Positions 53,108 to 63,317 are shown, numbered from the stretch's first letter. The stretch: 64,000 nucleotides of DNA from Candidatus Poribacteria bacterium (GCA_965205025.1 CBDBFU010000015.1:413501-477500); one strand, 5' to 3'. Translations and numbers: made by a program. Notes: generated by a model not told the origin, from the letters alone.

Positions 53108-54190
53108 TTAAAATGTCGTACGGAGTACTTGTGCTTGTCCTGTTTCTGCCGATCTATATCCTGCATCAAAAATCTCAATAACATGTCGTGCATGTTCGGC
53201 TGTAACGATAGTAGGTTTATCTTCACGGATCCAATCTACCAGTTGCATGATATCTTCATATACATGAGCTTCTTGAATATTCCGATGCGGTCCAACGACG
53301 TGTGGTAACTCCCTTTTTGGTGCATCAATCGTTTCACCATTCAAAGTACTTCCTTCAATAGCACCAGTTGTTCCGTGAATTGCTAATCCACCTTTAATCC
53401 CGTGTCCTGCCGCAGCACCATAGATAAAACCAAAGAACGCATCACCGAAGTCCAATAAAATGAAGGTATTATCATCCATGTCACACGGCAGCATTTCACC
53501 TCTAAATTCTCGTTCTTTAACACGGACACCTGAGAAAGCAGTCACACGTTTTACAGGTCCAAGTATACCAGTCATCGTATGTAATCCGTAGACAGTCATA
53601 TCGTAGAGAGGACCACCACCAGGTTTACGAAAATACCACGCTGGATTTATATTAGAAAGGACATCGTCGCCATGCCGAACTGACTCACTCTCGTGGTATC
53701 TTCCAAAAGCAGAACCGGTTGCTGCCCAGGTGAGGGTTCCAATCGCACCATCATCAATGAGTCTTTTGATTTCTTGATGAATTGGACGAAGCATCTGCCC
53801 CGGTGAAGCTACTAATTTTACACCTTTCTCCGATGCAGATTCAATCAAATCATCTGCTTCATCAACAGTAGTTGTCATTGTTTTATTGAAATGAGCGTGC
53901 ACACCATGCTCAATAGCAAGTTTACCTTGCTCGTAATGAAGCCCAATCGGAGAAGCTATACTTACAGCATCTACATGTCCATCTACTAACATTTCTTCAA
54001 ACGTCTTATATGCATTCGGTACGTTAAATTTTTCTGATGCGGCTACTGCTCTACCCGGTACTGGATCGCAAACTGCAGTCACCTGTAATCTGTCTTGTAC
54101 ATCATCCTGGGTAAGATGTGGAAGAATACCCCGCACAGCTATACTTCCAACACCTACAACCCCAATGCGTATTCTGTCATTATCCGACAT
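53108..54190 (-). CDS. Gfo/Idh/MocA oxidoreductase
   Basis: IGVVGVGSIA, GGGPLYDM. Confidence 0.92.
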   Translation of the reverse strand: MSDNDRIRIGVVGVGSIAVRGILPHLTQDDVQDRLQVTAVCDPVPGRAVAASEKFNVPNAYKTFEEMLVDGHVDAVSIASPIGLHYEQGKLAIEHGVHAHFNKTMTTTVDEADDLIESASEKGVKLVASPGQMLRPIHQEIKRLIDDGAIGTLTWAATGSAFGRYHESESVRHGDDVLSNINPAWYFRKPGGGPLYDMTVYGLHTMTGILGPVKRVTAFSGVRVKEREFRGEMLPCDMDDNTFILLDFGDAFFGFIYGAAAGHGIKGGLAIHGTTGAIEGSTLNGETIDAPKRELPHVVGPHRNIQEAHVYEDIMQLVDWIREDKPTIVTAEHARHVIEIFDAGYRSAETGQAQVLRTTF

Positions 54191-54286
54191 AATTCTTCTC
54201 CAATTTATAGAAATTGATGTCAGTATCAACGCTAACGAAATAGCAACTGAAACTATTGTAGTGAACTGGGTTTAGGAATCTACAAA

Positions 54287-55063
54287 CTACCACATTTTCA
54301 GATGTACCCATTTTGTTGTCAGTTTACCAACTGCTTTGACATCGGCAAATTCTTCAACATGAAGCAGTAAATTATGCATAAACAGCTTAGCCATATCTTT
54401 TGTATGGTTATCGTTGCCAGCAATATGGTATTTATCAGGTGCAAGTGCCATCATTAGGAATTTACCTTTCCCGTATTTCGCTTCCATAATAACAGGTTTT
54501 CCCAAACTTTCCATCAATACATCGAATCCTTTCTGTGAAGCAATAACCTCCCAAACAGTTGGCCATCCTTGATGTCCCCATCCATCGAAAGTTTTCTCTG
54601 TCATTTTATTGGGTTCATTAAAGAGTTGATGATCGGGTTTAATTATATTAACAACTGCCTGATCAGCATCACTTCGTACACAACTCAATTCAGGCGGTAA
54701 CCAATCCACATTAGCTTCATTCTGGTCAGCTTGTGTTGGCTCCCATACAATACCACCTTTTTCAACGAAATCTTGGATCGCTTTTGCATTCTTGTCAAGG
54801 CTTTGGTGTAATGCAACATTGTTGGTCACCATACTACCTATTAAGAAGATTTTATTATCTGCTTTAAAAGGAAGCGTACCATTTTCAAGGGCATTTGTCA
54901 GATCATCGTATTCAACCTTGAATTCATCTAATGTCTGCCGTAATGCATCTACCTTTGTCCACTGGTCCGCAAAATCAACGATAGCAATCTGAGCCGCATC
55001 TACAGTCGTACCGATAACAATCATGCCCAAAATACAATACAAGGTTAACAATCGGGGTGACAT
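54287..55063 (-). CDS. Secreted hypothetical protein with GKLTTKW C-terminal motif
   Basis: Signal peptide; FVEKGG; ends VKAVGKLTTKWVHLK. Confidence 0.7.
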   Translation of the reverse strand: MSPRLLTLYCILGMIVIGTTVDAAQIAIVDFADQWTKVDALRQTLDEFKVEYDDLTNALENGTLPFKADNKIFLIGSMVTNNVALHQSLDKNAKAIQDFVEKGGIVWEPTQADQNEANVDWLPPELSCVRSDADQAVVNIIKPDHQLFNEPNKMTEKTFDGWGHQGWPTVWEVIASQKGFDVLMESLGKPVIMEAKYGKGKFLMMALAPDKYHIAGNDNHTKDMAKLFMHNLLLHVEEFADVKAVGKLTTKWVHLKMW

Positions 55064-55186
55064 GTGTTAATCTCCTATAGGTAGTGGTTTAAAATTGGTG
55101 TGTTCTGAGTAATTTACATCAACGTTGCCTTAGTTTCCAAGTGATATGGGTTATAAGCACCCAACCCACTAAAGTATAAGTTTTTA

Positions 55187-56068
55187 TTACCGCCACGAGG
55201 TTTCATGTTGCCAACCGACAGCATTCTTGAGTTTATCACAATTGATAAATGATTGATGTCCATGAAGTTCTTTTACTTTTGGCAGAAACTCAGGTTTGAA
55301 ACGCTCCACCAGTTCCAGTGAAGGTTCCAAAGCTGCCGTATCATCAGCATTAAGAAAATACACATCATGGAAAGGTAATGTGTCAGCTTTCTCCATGATC
55401 AGCCGATGTGCACTCGCGACATCTTCACTCCCCACCCAACACCAAAGCCATGGACTCCAACCAGATATCGGTTTAATGTTTTGTGCCATTTGTTTTCTTC
55501 GTTCTTCTGGTGTTATACCTGCTGGTCGTGTGATATATGTTCGTATACCGTATGCCCGCGTATAACTCGCTAATAGGTCTTCACCACATCTTTTTGAGAA
55601 ACTATAAGAATCTTCTGGATAACAAGGATGTTCTTCATCTAAAGGGAGGTAGTCAATAGGTATATGAGTCTTGCTAATTCGGAACCCATGTCCTAATGCA
55701 CAATTACTACCGGACATTACAACAGTTTTTACGTCTGCTTCAATCGCTGCTTGCATCAGATAGTATGTACCAAGCATATTCGTTTTGAATGTAGCATCAA
55801 ATGATATGCCGTTCTCTTCTGCTCCAGCACGGAAATCTGGATGGTCGACGGGACCAGGTTGTGCCCCAAGATGCTGAATTGCATTTACTCCTTCGACCGC
55901 ACGTTGGCAGTCCTTAAAGTTGTTTAAGTCACCTTGAATAAAAGGCAGATGTGAGAATTCATCAGGTGGTGTTCTACGCGACATCAGGACCAGAGAGTGC
56001 TCCGATGCTAATTCTCGGATTACATACTCACCAAGTCTCCCACTCGCTCCGGTTATTAGTACTTTCAT
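55187..56068 (-). CDS. NAD-dependent epimerase/dehydratase family protein
   Basis: TGASGRLG, YSFSK. Confidence 0.92.
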   Translation of the reverse strand: MKVLITGASGRLGEYVIRELASEHSLVLMSRRTPPDEFSHLPFIQGDLNNFKDCQRAVEGVNAIQHLGAQPGPVDHPDFRAGAEENGISFDATFKTNMLGTYYLMQAAIEADVKTVVMSGSNCALGHGFRISKTHIPIDYLPLDEEHPCYPEDSYSFSKRCGEDLLASYTRAYGIRTYITRPAGITPEERRKQMAQNIKPISGWSPWLWCWVGSEDVASAHRLIMEKADTLPFHDVYFLNADDTAALEPSLELVERFKPEFLPKVKELHGHQSFINCDKLKNAVGWQHETSWR

Positions 56069-56116
56069 TAGATTCCTTTCGTATTGAACTCAACATGTAG
56101 TCTTCGTTGAATTCGG

Positions 56117-56145
56117 TTGACAGGTGTTTAGGTGTTATCTATTAT
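56117..56145 (+). promoter_or_regulatory. Putative sigma70 promoter, overlapping a divergent one (TTGACA at 56178-56173)
   Basis: TTGACA-17 bp-TATTAT. Confidence 0.55.
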
Positions 56146-56206
56146 TATATCATATAGTACTACTACAGATTTTGTCAACAGAACTGAATCGTAATAGGAG
56201 AACAAT

Positions 56207-57241
56207 ATGTATAATGCTGACAAACATTTTGAGAACTTATATGCTTCTGTGCCACGAAAGTATGAGTTTAATGCGACTACATCTGAAGGTGTAACATCGT
56301 GGCAAGCAAACTTTCGACCTGAGTTAAGGCAAATCCTCGGATTAGATAATATGGAATCTGATCTGGCAGGATATACACCAAAAGCGGAACAGCTTGATAT
56401 ATTAGATATGGATAACCATTTTCGTGAAAGTTGGTATCTGTGGGTGGAACCGACTGTGCCGTTACCATTTTATCTGCTTCGTCCAAAAACCGTTGAAGAT
56501 AGAGTGCCATTGATCCTTGCACCGCATGGACATAATCATCCCCACATCTATGCAGGTATTGCCAACTCTGAGAATGAGGAACAGGAAATGTTAGAAGGAG
56601 AACGTGATATCGCACGTCAAGCAGTTGTAGAAGAAGGATATATTGCTATAGCACCCACGACTCGTGCTTTCGGAGAAACGCGGACTGATGTAGACAAACA
56701 GAACAACAGGACACATTCTTGCCGTCATCAGTTAGTACATAGCATGCTTGTTGGTCGAACACCAATCGGTGAACGGGTCTGGGATATGTCTCGTCTTATT
56801 GATTGGTCAATAGAAAATCTACCGATAGATTCTGAACGTATTGCGATAACAGGAAATTCTGGTGGAGGTACCGTATCCCTTTTTGCAGCAGCTTGCGAAA
56901 CCCGTATTGCCGTTGCGATACCCAGTTGCTATTTCTGCACCTTTGAAGGAAGTATAGGAACAATTCGGCATTGTGATTGCAACTATGTGCCGGGTGTGAT
57001 GCGGTTAGGAGAAATGTATGATGTTGCAGGTTTAATCGCACCTCGCCCATTTTGTGCCATTGCTGGACAAAGCGATGGTATTTTTCCCATAGACCAGGTT
57101 AAGTTTGCTTTTGAACGTTTGAAAGAAATTTATACTGCTGCAGGGGTTGCGGATAGGTGCCAATTGTACATTGGTGATGGTGGACACCGATATTACAAAG
57201 CAGGAGCATGGCCCTTTGTTAGAAAATATTTTGGGGAATAA
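56207..57241 (+). CDS. Alpha/beta hydrolase (carbohydrate esterase-like)
   Basis: PHGH, TGNSGGG, LIAPRP, GGHRY. Confidence 0.88.
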   Translation: MYNADKHFENLYASVPRKYEFNATTSEGVTSWQANFRPELRQILGLDNMESDLAGYTPKAEQLDILDMDNHFRESWYLWVEPTVPLPFYLLRPKTVEDRVPLILAPHGHNHPHIYAGIANSENEEQEMLEGERDIARQAVVEEGYIAIAPTTRAFGETRTDVDKQNNRTHSCRHQLVHSMLVGRTPIGERVWDMSRLIDWSIENLPIDSERIAITGNSGGGTVSLFAAACETRIAVAIPSCYFCTFEGSIGTIRHCDCNYVPGVMRLGEMYDVAGLIAPRPFCAIAGQSDGIFPIDQVKFAFERLKEIYTAAGVADRCQLYIGDGGHRYYKAGAWPFVRKYFGE

Positions 57242-57254
57242 CGTAATCCTATAG

Positions 57255-58667
57255 CTAACCTTTTTTGATGGCCCACAAAGTTCTCAATATGATCTTTATA
57301 TCTAAAGCAAGTGTCCAATTTTCAATATAGAATCGGTCATAGTTAACCCTATCTTCAAGAGAGGTATTTCCTCGTAAACCGTTGACTTGAGCCCAACCTG
57401 TCATACCAGATTTAACACGATGTCTCGCAAGATAGTGTGGAATTGATTCCTGGAACGTATCAATTAATCCCGACATCTCAGGACGAGGACCAACAAGACT
57501 CATATCACCTTTGAGGACATTGAAGAATTGGGGTAATTCGTCAAGACTCCAACGTCTCAAAAATTTACCAAGTGTTGTCTGGCGCGGGTCGTCAGTTTTT
57601 GCCCAGACATGTCCGATATTGTATTCTGCATCCGCTTGCATAGAACGAAATTTATAGATATTAAATCGCTTACCTGCTCTACTAACGCGTTCCTGTCGAA
57701 AAATTACTTTACCCGGAGAATCTAAGCGAATCATAATAGCAAGGATTAACATCAGAGGGCTTAATACTATCAAAGCAAACAAACTGAAAACAATGTCCAT
57801 GATACGTTTAATGATTCCGCTAACTCCTTGCATTGGAACTTCAGATAGTTGTAATACCGGTAAGCCATCAAAAAATGTGACTGACGTTCCACCTTTAATA
57901 AATTCAGAAAGTTCTGGTAGAAGATTGATTTGAACTGGTGTTCCTTCACAAGTGTGCAATATTTGCATAACAGTGTCATTCGGTACTGTAGGAGAGACGA
58001 TGAAGAGCGTATCAATACGATGTTTTTCTACGAGTTCGAGAATCTCATCAATTTTTCCAAGATGTTGTATTGATGTATCACCATCCTGACTCAATTCTAT
58101 AGTTTCTGAATTTCCAATAATTCCTACTAAATTATAGCCATCATCCGGTTTAGTATTTATCGCATCTATAAGTTGCTTTCCTCTTTCATCATAACCCACC
58201 AGTGCTACACGATTCACTCCAACCCCATGGGATTGTATTGCTTGTCGAAATCGGTAAATGACTAACCTTCCAATGTATAACCACACGAGATTAAATCCTG
58301 TTGCCAGTAGCATTACCCAACGTGAATACGCTTCATAATGGTAAATAAAAAATAATGTGGCTAATGTTGCAATAAGAGCAAATAGGGACGCTTTAATAAG
58401 CTGCCAGAAGGTTCTAAATGTAGGACTGTATTCTGGATTGTAGAGTTTAAAACCTTGAAGTATCATTATCCAGATCACAACCGTAACTGGGATAAGACGT
58501 AAATAATCTTGAAAAGGAGGTGTGCCCCCTTTATGTACTGCAATTGCATCTAACCAACCTGTTTCAAATCGCATCCAGTATGCAATAACAATTGCTGTAG
58601 CGATGAAACATAGATCACATAGAACAGTGAATAGTATTAATAGATGGTCAAGAGTTTTCTTACTCAT
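57255..58667 (-). CDS. Undecaprenyl-phosphate glucose phosphotransferase (WcaJ-like)
   Basis: KFRSM, SLDELPQFFNVLKGDMSLVGPRP, GWAQVNG.RG. Confidence 0.93.
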   Translation of the reverse strand: MSKKTLDHLLILFTVLCDLCFIATAIVIAYWMRFETGWLDAIAVHKGGTPPFQDYLRLIPVTVVIWIMILQGFKLYNPEYSPTFRTFWQLIKASLFALIATLATLFFIYHYEAYSRWVMLLATGFNLVWLYIGRLVIYRFRQAIQSHGVGVNRVALVGYDERGKQLIDAINTKPDDGYNLVGIIGNSETIELSQDGDTSIQHLGKIDEILELVEKHRIDTLFIVSPTVPNDTVMQILHTCEGTPVQINLLPELSEFIKGGTSVTFFDGLPVLQLSEVPMQGVSGIIKRIMDIVFSLFALIVLSPLMLILAIMIRLDSPGKVIFRQERVSRAGKRFNIYKFRSMQADAEYNIGHVWAKTDDPRQTTLGKFLRRWSLDELPQFFNVLKGDMSLVGPRPEMSGLIDTFQESIPHYLARHRVKSGMTGWAQVNGLRGNTSLEDRVNYDRFYIENWTLALDIKIILRTLWAIKKG

Positions 58668-58885
58668 ATAGTGGAGAATGTAGGATTTAGGTAATTACAC
58701 AGTAAATGTCAATATCTAATTAGGAATGTTCTATAATTATACAACTAATGATTATATAAATCAATTCAGTGTCTGATGAGAGAATCTTGTTTGGTTACTG
58801 ACTTATTCCTTGCTATATGATATGCTATCATAGACTTTCCACAAAATAAGGGTTGAAACCTTTCAAATCGAAGGAGATATGTATC

Positions 58886-59974
58886 GTGGATAAAATAAGA
58901 GTCGGGATTGTTGGAGCACACCGAGGGAGTTCATATTTTCAACCGTTTGCTACGATTACCGAAACAGAAGTTACTGCAATATGTGATATCAATGAAGACA
59001 CACTCCAGAACGTTGCTGAACGGTACAACGTGGCACAAAAGTTTACAAATTATACAGAGATGTTGGATACTGTAGACCTTGTAGTGCTTGCTACACCAGA
59101 AAATCTTCATGTGCCTCAGTCGATTGAAGCATTAGAAGCTGGCAAGCATGTTATTAGTGAGGTTACCGCTGCTGTAAAACTGGAGGAGTGTTATGACCTT
59201 GTTCGTGCCGTTCGGAAGTCATCAGCTCAATATACGATGGCTGAAAATACATGCTATTCTCAATCTAATGTATTAATCCGTAGTCTCGTAGAAAATGGAT
59301 TGTTTGGTGATGTGTATTTCGGTGAAGGTGAGTATCTTCACAACATCAAATCTCTTCATCACGATGCAAGTGGAAATCCGACCTGGCGTTACTATTGGCA
59401 GGTAGGTATTAATCGATGTAATTATGCGACCCATAGTCTTGGTCCTGTCCTTCAATGGTTTGGAGAACGTGTTATTAGTGTATGTTGTCTTGGCACAGGT
59501 GTAATAACCGATCCTGAACATGCTATGGAAGATACAGTGATGATGCTCTGTAAAACGGAGGGTGGAGGTTTAATTAAGATACGTATTGATATGCTCTCGA
59601 ATCGACCTGCAAATTCTTATTTTAGTTTACAAGGGACAAAAGGATGTTATGAGAGTTCTCGCGGTTTTGGGGCACAAGGCAAGATTTGGTTAAGCGAGTT
59701 TGAATCTGGTGAACAGTGGAAACCTGTTTCTGAATTGGAATCTGTTTTTTTACCGGATAGATGGAAAAATCCACCTGGAGAAGCACAAAACGAGGGAAAT
59801 CTTGGCGAGTACTTTAAGGTACGGGATTTTGTTGATAGTATTCTAAACGATACACAACCACCGATTGATGTATATACAGCAATGGATTACACGGTCCCGG
59901 GTTTGGTATCGGAACAATCAATTGCAAATGGAGGAAAACCCGTAGAAGTTCCAGATTTTCGTAAGATTGAATAG
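58886..59974 (+). CDS. Gfo/Idh/MocA oxidoreductase
   Basis: GTG after AAGGAG; ATP..LH, GKHVISEV. Confidence 0.92.
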   Translation: MDKIRVGIVGAHRGSSYFQPFATITETEVTAICDINEDTLQNVAERYNVAQKFTNYTEMLDTVDLVVLATPENLHVPQSIEALEAGKHVISEVTAAVKLEECYDLVRAVRKSSAQYTMAENTCYSQSNVLIRSLVENGLFGDVYFGEGEYLHNIKSLHHDASGNPTWRYYWQVGINRCNYATHSLGPVLQWFGERVISVCCLGTGVITDPEHAMEDTVMMLCKTEGGGLIKIRIDMLSNRPANSYFSLQGTKGCYESSRGFGAQGKIWLSEFESGEQWKPVSELESVFLPDRWKNPPGEAQNEGNLGEYFKVRDFVDSILNDTQPPIDVYTAMDYTVPGLVSEQSIANGGKPVEVPDFRKIE

Positions 59975-59997
59975 TTTAATGTATACTTGATTCAGTT

Positions 59998-60183
59998 TTA
60001 ACAGGACGTTGACTCTTCCTCTACAGGTTTAAAGACGAGTCCACAACTACTGCACCGATAACCGCTTTTTGGTTGGGAATCTACGACTGGAAGTAGCATT
60101 CCACAGCAGGTTGGACAGGGTTCATCAATTTCCATTTCAGCTTGTTCCATATCCCCGGAACGATTTTCAAATTCGACAAGCAT
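59998..60183 (-). CDS. Small zinc-ribbon protein
   Basis: CPTC...CSSC; 3-nt gap after upstream gene. Confidence 0.65.
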   Translation of the reverse strand: MLVEFENRSGDMEQAEMEIDEPCPTCCGMLLPVVDSQPKSGYRCSSCGLVFKPVEEESTSC

Positions 60184-60186
60184 GAT

Positions 60187-60519
60187 TTAATATCTCCTTA
60201 GTGTTGTATCTATTTCAGCAGCCCACTGGTCTATACCACCGGATAGGTTTTTAGCTCCACTATATCCTTTTTTATGAAGAAAAGCAGTTGCGTAAAGGCT
60301 GCGTGTTCCATGATGGCAATATACCACTATTTCTTGATCAGAAGGAATATCGTCAAGATTGTATGGCAGAGTGTTTAAAGGAATTAGGTGTGCATCATCA
60401 AGATGAACAATGTCGTATTCATTCTGCTCTCTGACATCCAATAGGAATAGAGATGGGTCATCGTCTAATTTTTGTTTTAGTTCAGATGCGGTTATTTCAG
60501 GGATTTCAGAATTCTGCAT
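60187..60519 (-). CDS. Rhodanese-like sulfurtransferase
   Basis: LDVRE, YCHHGTRS, LSGGIDQW. Confidence 0.93.
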   Translation of the reverse strand: MQNSEIPEITASELKQKLDDDPSLFLLDVREQNEYDIVHLDDAHLIPLNTLPYNLDDIPSDQEIVVYCHHGTRSLYATAFLHKKGYSGAKNLSGGIDQWAAEIDTTLRRY

Positions 60520-60902
60520 TAATTAGTATCCTCTAATTCATCAGATTGTAGTGGCATGCATTCTGGACATGGACATGTTTCACGCAAAACTTCAAATGGA
60601 TAGATTCCGGTGTTATGTCCGTCATTCCAACTAAATTGTACTGCGTAACGTCCCACCAACTGTACATCAATCGGTTGTATATCTTCTGACACATCAATTA
60701 ATGATATATCACCATCACCTTGCGGGGAAAAGAGTGAATGGACATCCTTCCCTTCGTGTCGTATGATTGCACATTCTGCACACGGACACATCTGTCTGAG
60801 ATACCGATACGGATACCAACTGGTGTGTCCATCTTTCCATTCAACCTGAAAGGCATTATCATGTTTTTTGAGTGTTTTAGGGCTTTTACTAACCGTGTTC
60901 AT
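60519..60902 (-). CDS. DUF971 / GBBH N-terminal-like protein
   Basis: W.DGH, LRQMCPCAEC, VGRYA..F.W.DGH.TGIY. Confidence 0.9.
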   Translation of the reverse strand: MNTVSKSPKTLKKHDNAFQVEWKDGHTSWYPYRYLRQMCPCAECAIIRHEGKDVHSLFSPQGDGDISLIDVSEDIQPIDVQLVGRYAVQFSWNDGHNTGIYPFEVLRETCPCPECMPLQSDELEDTN

Positions 60903-60995
60903 AGGACTTATTGTCACACAAATTTGATAAGACACTGAAAATATCAAGAAAACAGTAGGTGTCAAAACAAACTATAGCAGGTCCTATAAGAACAC

Positions 60996-61352
60996 CTATA
61001 CTATTTTCAAGAGAACTCCAATTCTTTTTAAAACGGCATCAACTGTCTCTGTTGGTAGAGAACAAATAAACTCTACATTTCTTGCTCTCCAATCCATAGT
61101 CCGAATTTGATCTACAAGAATAACTCCATCTACTGCTAATCCATGTGGAATTTCAATTGCAAACGGATTTCCCTGTTCTCTTGTGCTGCTCCGAGTGATC
61201 GGACAAAGAACGACTAAGCTGGTTTTATCGTTAAAATCTTTTGTGGTGAGTACAATAGCAGGTCGTGGACCAGCTTGCTCGTGTCCCACTTGTGGATTGA
61301 AGTCAATCCATATCGCATCTCCGCGCAATGGGACGTTTGTGAATCCTACCAT
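60996..61352 (-). CDS. mazF: MazF/PemK toxin
   Basis: RGDAIWIDFNPQVGHEQAGPRPA, CPIT, DQIRTMDWRAR. Confidence 0.95.
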   Translation of the reverse strand: MVGFTNVPLRGDAIWIDFNPQVGHEQAGPRPAIVLTTKDFNDKTSLVVLCPITRSSTREQGNPFAIEIPHGLAVDGVILVDQIRTMDWRARNVEFICSLPTETVDAVLKRIGVLLKIV

Positions 61353-61733
61353 ACTTCATTGCCCACTGGCGGACCTGTTTCTATTTCATCCTGTGAACTA
61401 TTATCTGTTATCTTGTCCAATAGGTCTTGCAGTGTATAGTCAGGGCGTTTCAGAGGATAACTCCCTTTTTCTGTTCGCGGGGGACCAAATGGCTTATCTT
61501 TCGCTTTCTTGTTATTTGTGTTATCCTCTGGTATTTGTGCCAACAAGTCTTCTAACGTATAGTCGGGGTGTTTTATAGAATCACTCCCTTTTTCGTTGCG
61601 AGGGGGGGCCAAACTCACTTTCTTCTTTCTCTACTGGAAACCGATCTGCCTGCTCTTGATTAACGGACTGTATATAACAGAAATATGCTATAACAATCAA
61701 ACATTCATTGAGAGTAAACGTTTGTTCTGACAT
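61346..61733 (-). CDS. Atypical MazE-like antitoxin, three tandem C-terminal modules; frameshift at G7 run 61602-61608
   Basis: Joined 128-aa frame; ends YTLQDLLDKIT...GPPVGNEVW, overlapping mazF. Confidence 0.7.
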
Positions 61734-61792
61734 GATTCTTCTCCTTATCCGTTTATACTTGTAATAGATGGTCCCCATTAGTGGAGAAAGTG

Positions 61793-62002
61793 CTACACGA
61801 CTACCCCAATCTGGATATTTTCTGGCACTGAACGTCCTAACTCTTGATAGAGTTCAATAACTGCCTTAAAAGCGTCTTTGACGTTTTCTAACGATTCACC
61901 TAATGAATCACCTTCAGTGACCAATTCTGGAAACAGTAGTGAAGTCACTGTGTACCCACCTTCGGGTTGTAGTGTGAAAATAAGGGGTATTTTGTATTCC
62001 AC
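61793..62002 (-). CDS. HicB-like antitoxin (no hicA adjacent)
   Basis: EGGYTVT...PELVTEGDS..E.LEN.KDA. Confidence 0.8.
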   Translation of the reverse strand: MEYKIPLIFTLQPEGGYTVTSLLFPELVTEGDSLGESLENVKDAFKAVIELYQELGRSVPENIQIGVVV

Positions 62003-62016
62003 TAAAAAGCTCCAAT

Positions 62017-62316
62017 TTAAAAAATACCAAGTTCATCTCTCGCATCTTCAGTCATCATCTCAGGTGTCCAACGTGGATTCCAAACGACATTGACGTTAAC
62101 CTCTTCAACACCGTCCATCTGTTGTGTGACATGTTGTGCACCATTGACAATTTGTCCACCCGCTGGACAACCGGGACTGGTTAAAGTCATTGTTATATCA
62201 ACCGTTGTATCGTCAATATCAACTTCGTAGATTAATCCCATGTCAACAATGTTAATACCTAATTCTGGATCAATGATTTCCTTTATACTTTCTAAGACAG
62301 ATTCTTCAGTTAGCAT
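62017..62316 (-). CDS. sufT: DUF59 Fe-S cluster assembly factor (SufT-like)
   Basis: DPELGINIVDMGLIY, TLTSPGCP. Confidence 0.85.
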   Translation of the reverse strand: MLTEESVLESIKEIIDPELGINIVDMGLIYEVDIDDTTVDITMTLTSPGCPAGGQIVNGAQHVTQQMDGVEEVNVNVVWNPRWTPEMMTEDARDELGIF

Positions 62317-62369
62317 TTTTAATTCCTCCTATGGTAGAAAACTCATGCCATATTGGTAAAACCGGTATG

Positions 62370-62681
62370 TTAATCTATACTGACATATATTTCATCATCT
62401 TCTATTTTGACGGGAAAACATTCAATGTCTTCAACAGCCGGCATACAAAGTGCTTTACCAGTTTTGATACAAAATCGAGCACCGTGTCGAGGACATTCTA
62501 TCTCTTCACCATCTAAAAAACCTTCACCTAAAGGACCTCCATCATGTGTACATACATCTTCCATAGCGAAAAATTCACCATCAACGTTAAAGAGTAGCAC
62601 AGGAACAAAATCAACTTCAATCAGTTTTTTTGTTCCTGGTAGTACTTCACTAACCTTCGCTGCTTTGTAAAATTCTGCCAT
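62370..62681 (-). CDS. Rieske [2Fe-2S] ferredoxin
   Basis: CTH...CPRH. Confidence 0.95.
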   Translation of the reverse strand: MAEFYKAAKVSEVLPGTKKLIEVDFVPVLLFNVDGEFFAMEDVCTHDGGPLGEGFLDGEEIECPRHGARFCIKTGKALCMPAVEDIECFPVKIEDDEIYVSID

Positions 62682-62760
62682 TATCTTCCTTTCTTATTCG
62701 TCTTCTTCTCCGGACTAACTATTGATCTTAATAGTTTAGTATGAATGCAAGCATCCTGTT

Positions 62761-63087
62761 TTAATTCATCATATAAGCCCGATCATGCGGACCTACGGTC
62801 AAGAAAACCACTGCCCTGTCTGATCTTTCCTCACAGAAACAGTACTGGCATTCTGGGATAAGTCGGCACTCTTCACATACAACAAATATGATCCGAAAAT
62901 TCTTATCTACCCGTGAACTACGGCAACCTCGTAAGTCTAATCCTCCAGATACTTGTCCGAGCCGTTCTGTGTGATGATAAGGTTTGGCAAGTATTTGTTC
63001 AACTCTTCGTTGGATACGTTGTCTTAAACCTGAGTAACGTGTAAGGTTGCGTACAAATTGATTTTTCATAAAACGCTTGATATTCAT
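62761..63087 (-). CDS. RelE/ParE-superfamily toxin-like protein with Cys-rich insertion
   Basis: RSSRVDKNFRIIF...LTVGPHDRAY; basic; overlaps upstream small gene. Confidence 0.7.
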   Translation of the reverse strand: MNIKRFMKNQFVRNLTRYSGLRQRIQRRVEQILAKPYHHTERLGQVSGGLDLRGCRSSRVDKNFRIIFVVCEECRLIPECQYCFCEERSDRAVVFLTVGPHDRAYMMN

Positions 63088-63317
63088 TCATTCCAAATTT
63101 CTTCGTGGGTATGAAATTTCAACTTACCATTTCTTTTCCGTTCAAGAATATCTTCCATATCCTCATAAAGTGGGGATTCCTTATCAAGATGAAAAATACC
63201 GAGTTCTTGTGCCCCGAATTCCATTAATTCTTCACGTACTACTTTACGGATAAGGTTTTCCAATTGCTGAACACTTAGTGTAACTTTAGTTTCCTGTGTT
63301 GTTACATTGTCGCTCAT
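63084..63317 (-). CDS. Putative antitoxin
   Basis: 77 aa, IRKVVREEL, ends THEEIW; ATGA overlap with toxin. Confidence 0.6.
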   Translation of the reverse strand: MSDNVTTQETKVTLSVQQLENLIRKVVREELMEFGAQELGIFHLDKESPLYEDMEDILERKRNGKLKFHTHEEIWNE

